Source of the DNA: Candidatus Poribacteria bacterium
GTDB taxonomy: Bacteria > Poribacteria > WGA-4E > UBA9662
Reading direction: 5' to 3'
Length of the DNA stretch: 64,000 nt
Assembly: GCA_036339735.1 (NCBI GenBank)
Contig: JAYZAL010000038.1
Location: 11,023-75,022 of the forward strand
Shown here: in pieces, positions 61,365 through 64,000 of the stretch
How the letters are laid out: each line of letters opens with the position of its first letter
How positions within the stretch are numbered: position 1 is the stretch's first letter
Translations under genes and position numbers: made by a program
The notes under the pieces: model-generated
What the model saw: only the letters and a program-made list of their open reading frames with translations
Told to the model about the DNA's origin: nothing
The model's database searches: none

Positions 61365-61384
61365 ATTACAAAAGACTCCGGCCC

Positions 61385-62824
61385 ATGGCTGTCAAAAAAA
61401 AATATTTTCGCTATCGGAATCTTGACGAACTTCGTCGAGAAATTGCAGATTTGGGGCTAGATATTCGCTTGGCTGATCAGGTAGATCAGTTACTTCAGCC
61501 GGTTCGAGTTGGTCATAAAACTGTTGGTAACGCTTTCGGTATTCATCCGATGGAAGGCTGCGACGCCACCTTAGATGGAAAACCTAGCGAATTAACCATT
61601 CGTCGCTGGTTGCGTTTCGGTTCTGGTGGTGCCAAGCTGATTTGGGGAGAGGCAACGTCAATCTTACCAGAAGCCAAAGCTAATAGTCGTCAATTAGAGA
61701 TAAATACCCATACTGCTGATGCAATTGGGAAAATGCTGACAATGACCCGGGATAGTCACCGTGAAATTTTCGGAGCTAACGAAGAAATCTTCGCTGGTTT
61801 GCAATTGACTCATTCTGGCCGGTACAGCTACAAACGGCCTTTGATCGCGTTTCGACATCCGGTAGTAGATAAAGTAACCTTGATTGATAAAAAGAGAAAG
61901 GTTCCGATTCCTGAAGACTATCCAGTATTATCAGATGATGAATTAGAGAAACTTGAAGACTGTTACGTAGAAGCAGCTAAATTAGCTCATCAAATTGGTT
62001 TTGATTTTATTGATCTTAAGCAATGTCACACATACCTTCTGAATGAGCTTTTGGCGGCTAAGACTCGGACAGGTAGATATGGTGGTAGTTTTGAAAACCG
62101 AACTCGCTTCATCCGTAATATTATTGGCAAAATTCAGTCTGAGATTGGGCCAGAATTAATCTTGTCTAGTCGACTTAACGTCTATGATGGTGTGGCGTAC
62201 ATGCCCAACCAAGATACCAATATTGGTATACCAAGAGAAGCTATGGCACCTTATCCTTACGGGTTTGGTGTAGACGAAGAAAATCCGCCATCCCCTGATC
62301 TTGAAGAACCAATCAAACTCATTAGCTTGATGAAAGAATGGGGGGTTAGCTTGGTCAATGTATCGATGGGTAGTCCTTATTACAATCCACATATTGGTCG
62401 TCCTTTTGAACGACCTCCCGTAGACGGCTACGAGACGCCTGAGCATCCATTAGTTGGTGTTGATCGCCATTTCCAGTTGACTGCTCAAATACAGCAGTCC
62501 TGCCCGGATTTACCAATCGTTGGTACTGGATATAGTTGGTTACAAAACTACGTTGCCAATGCAGGTGAAGCGAATGCTCAAGATGGAAAAGTAACTTTCG
62601 TAGCGGTAGGTCGTGGTTCAATGGCCTATCCTGACTATGTAAAAGATCTAATGGAGTCAGGACAAATGGCCAAGAAAAAATCTTGCGTCGCCATTAGTTA
62701 CTGTACAGCCTTAATGCGAGCTAAAGAGCATCCACTACACCAGTTCCCTTCCGGTTGTGTTCCTCGAGACCGATTCTATACCCAAATCTACAAAGATGCT
62801 ATGAAGACACTCACTAAATCTTAG
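61385..62824 (+). CDS. Old-Yellow-Enzyme-like NADH:flavin oxidoreductase (TIM barrel) with N-terminal extension
   Basis: 'NAFGIHPMEGCDA.LDGKPSELTIRRWLRFGSGGAKLIWGEATSI' fits the OYE N-terminal pattern. 479 aa. Confidence 0.5.
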   Translation: MAVKKKYFRYRNLDELRREIADLGLDIRLADQVDQLLQPVRVGHKTVGNAFGIHPMEGCDATLDGKPSELTIRRWLRFGSGGAKLIWGEATSILPEAKANSRQLEINTHTADAIGKMLTMTRDSHREIFGANEEIFAGLQLTHSGRYSYKRPLIAFRHPVVDKVTLIDKKRKVPIPEDYPVLSDDELEKLEDCYVEAAKLAHQIGFDFIDLKQCHTYLLNELLAAKTRTGRYGGSFENRTRFIRNIIGKIQSEIGPELILSSRLNVYDGVAYMPNQDTNIGIPREAMAPYPYGFGVDEENPPSPDLEEPIKLISLMKEWGVSLVNVSMGSPYYNPHIGRPFERPPVDGYETPEHPLVGVDRHFQLTAQIQQSCPDLPIVGTGYSWLQNYVANAGEANAQDGKVTFVAVGRGSMAYPDYVKDLMESGQMAKKKSCVAISYCTALMRAKEHPLHQFPSGCVPRDRFYTQIYKDAMKTLTKS

Positions 62825-63013
62825 TCTGGACAGATTTTTTCGAGTGTGCAAATTTAAATATTATATGCGCCCGTAGATGTTACAACTAGTAGTGATTCAA
62901 GTTTTTGGGCTGACGTTGAGCCAGTTGCTGTATTTTGATCATTGTTGTGATCTGCTCGGATTCGAAACACTTGATTTTAAATTTTGACTAACTTGGATCG
63001 ATTGGAGCCTTGC

Positions 63014-64000
63014 CTATCCTTCTAGTCTGTTTAACACAATTCTTCGCAGGTCCATTACCTGAGAACCGGTCACTTCGAGAGCTCGAAGCGTCAGCCTTCC
63101 GTGGCCAGCTGGGAGTTCAATTTTTCCCAAGCTTAATGGCTTAAAATCTTTGACGTAAGATTCACCACGACGTGGATAACGATCGTTTTTTTCACCTATC
63201 AAAGGCGGATCATGAGCTATCATCACTTGGCCTTTTAGGCTTTGTTTTTCAAAAGTTATTTCTATAGTAGATCCAACATCAACCTCTGAGCATGTGTAAT
63301 ATAGTATGGCTTCATAACTCCCACTGGTACCAACCTGAATATCCCAAGTCATTGCATCATCGATAGACACCCAATTAGAGAAATATGAGCAATTAGGAGC
63401 ATTGGCACTTCGCTGAATATTTCCATGTGGTATACCATCTCGTGCAGGAAGCGATGTTGATTGCCAATAACCAACTGTAAACGGTCGACTATCTTTGATC
63501 GGTAAAAGTTCTGCTCGCCAGTCTGCCACCGCCTGATTCAATTCGGATTTAACTTCCGGAAATACATTTGAAACATCATTGATTTGGCTAGGGTCATCGG
63601 TCATATCATATAATTGACCATTTTGTGCTAGACGAAATCGTTGATTTCGTACACTGATCTGTTCTCGATGGTGTGTGAAAATTAGCCGTTCTGGCCAATC
63701 TGTATCTTGGCCATAAAGCAGTGGTTTCAAACTTCGACCATCTAAGGGTTTATGACCAATCAGATTAATGCTAGTTAAATCTGTGAGTGTCGGCAACAAA
63801 TCAATTCCACTAGATATTTGTTGAATCTGCGTCCCTGCAGGAATTTCACTTGGCCAACGCATTAAACCTGGGACTCTTACTCCCCCTTCATCAGTTGATC
63901 CTTTAACCCCTTTCATTTGTCCGTTCCATCTGGCACCATTGGGACCGTTATCCCCAAAGTAAAAAATGATAGTGTCATCGGTAATACCAAGTCTATCGAG
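63014..64000 (-). CDS. Sulfatase, 5'-truncated by the window edge; carries an extra ~170-aa C-terminal domain
   Basis: Upstream of the ORF-track start the same frame continues to the window end ('TIIFYFGDNGPNGARWNGQMKGVKGSTDEGGVRVPGLMRWPSEI'), which is the sulfatase C-terminal motif 'GGxRVP'. Confidence 0.75.
   Translation of the reverse strand, partial: LDRLGITDDTIIFYFGDNGPNGARWNGQMKGVKGSTDEGGVRVPGLMRWPSEIPAGTQIQQISSGIDLLPTLTDLTSINLIGHKPLDGRSLKPLLYGQDTDWPERLIFTHHREQISVRNQRFRLAQNGQLYDMTDDPSQINDVSNVFPEVKSELNQAVADWRAELLPIKDSRPFTVGYWQSTSLPARDGIPHGNIQRSANAPNCSYFSNWVSIDDAMTWDIQVGTSGSYEAILYYTCSEVDVGSTIEITFEKQSLKGQVMIAHDPPLIGEKNDRYPRRGESYVKDFKPLSLGKIELPAGHGRLTLRALEVTGSQVMDLRRIVLNRLEG

Noticed and set aside
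1-64000. CRISPR arrays, rRNA/tRNA genes, integrases, transposases and phage genes
   Set aside because: No direct-repeat arrays or recognisable mobile-element proteins were seen. tRNAs cannot be excluded by eye in the gene deserts and would need a tRNAscan run.

Overview
This is a roughly 40-42% GC bacterial chromosomal window with no rRNA or CRISPR arrays. It looks like an accessory, glycan-processing region of a marine heterotroph; a PVC-superphylum, sulfatase-rich lineage is my guess from gene content alone. Gene content: three Cys-type sulfatases (CxPxR motif), one of them truncated by the window end, plus a lipoprotein formylglycine-generating enzyme. There are seven phytanoyl-CoA-dioxygenase (PhyH, COG5285-like) paralogs. 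There are three or four LamG/concanavalin-fold secreted proteins, a membrane-anchored CotH-family protein, a PL10-like pectate lyase, and an operon of carbon-nitrogen hydrolase, BNR sialidase-like protein and polysaccharide deacetylase. Also present are an opp-like ABC importer with two family-5 solute-binding proteins, and a copper-efflux-like operon (multicopper oxidase, NodT/TolC-like outer-membrane protein, two small proteins, and a 647-aa polytopic membrane protein of unknown family). Housekeeping enzymes include methyltransferases, a fatty-acid desaturase, a renalase-like FAD oxidoreductase, Ldh_2, an FGGY kinase, uridine kinase, a HisJ-type PHP phosphatase, an OYE-family reductase, and a LysM-M23 peptidase with an SLT transglycosylase. 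The most striking thing I read directly from the sequence is gene decay. An aldo/keto reductase carries a frameshift in a G6 homopolymer plus three in-frame nonsense codons. A nucleoside-hydrolase-like gene is broken across three frames. Only the C-terminal stump of a glpD-like gene remains. There is a C-terminal fragment paralogous to the 647-aa membrane protein, and a PhyH gene with TAA at codon 5. These lesions sit next to several 0.7-1.7 kb gene deserts. I also report a perfect 10-4-10 palindromic operator overlapping the promoter of the opp-like operon, and a near-consensus divergent sigma70 promoter. All functional calls rest on motif recognition by eye; no database searches were run.
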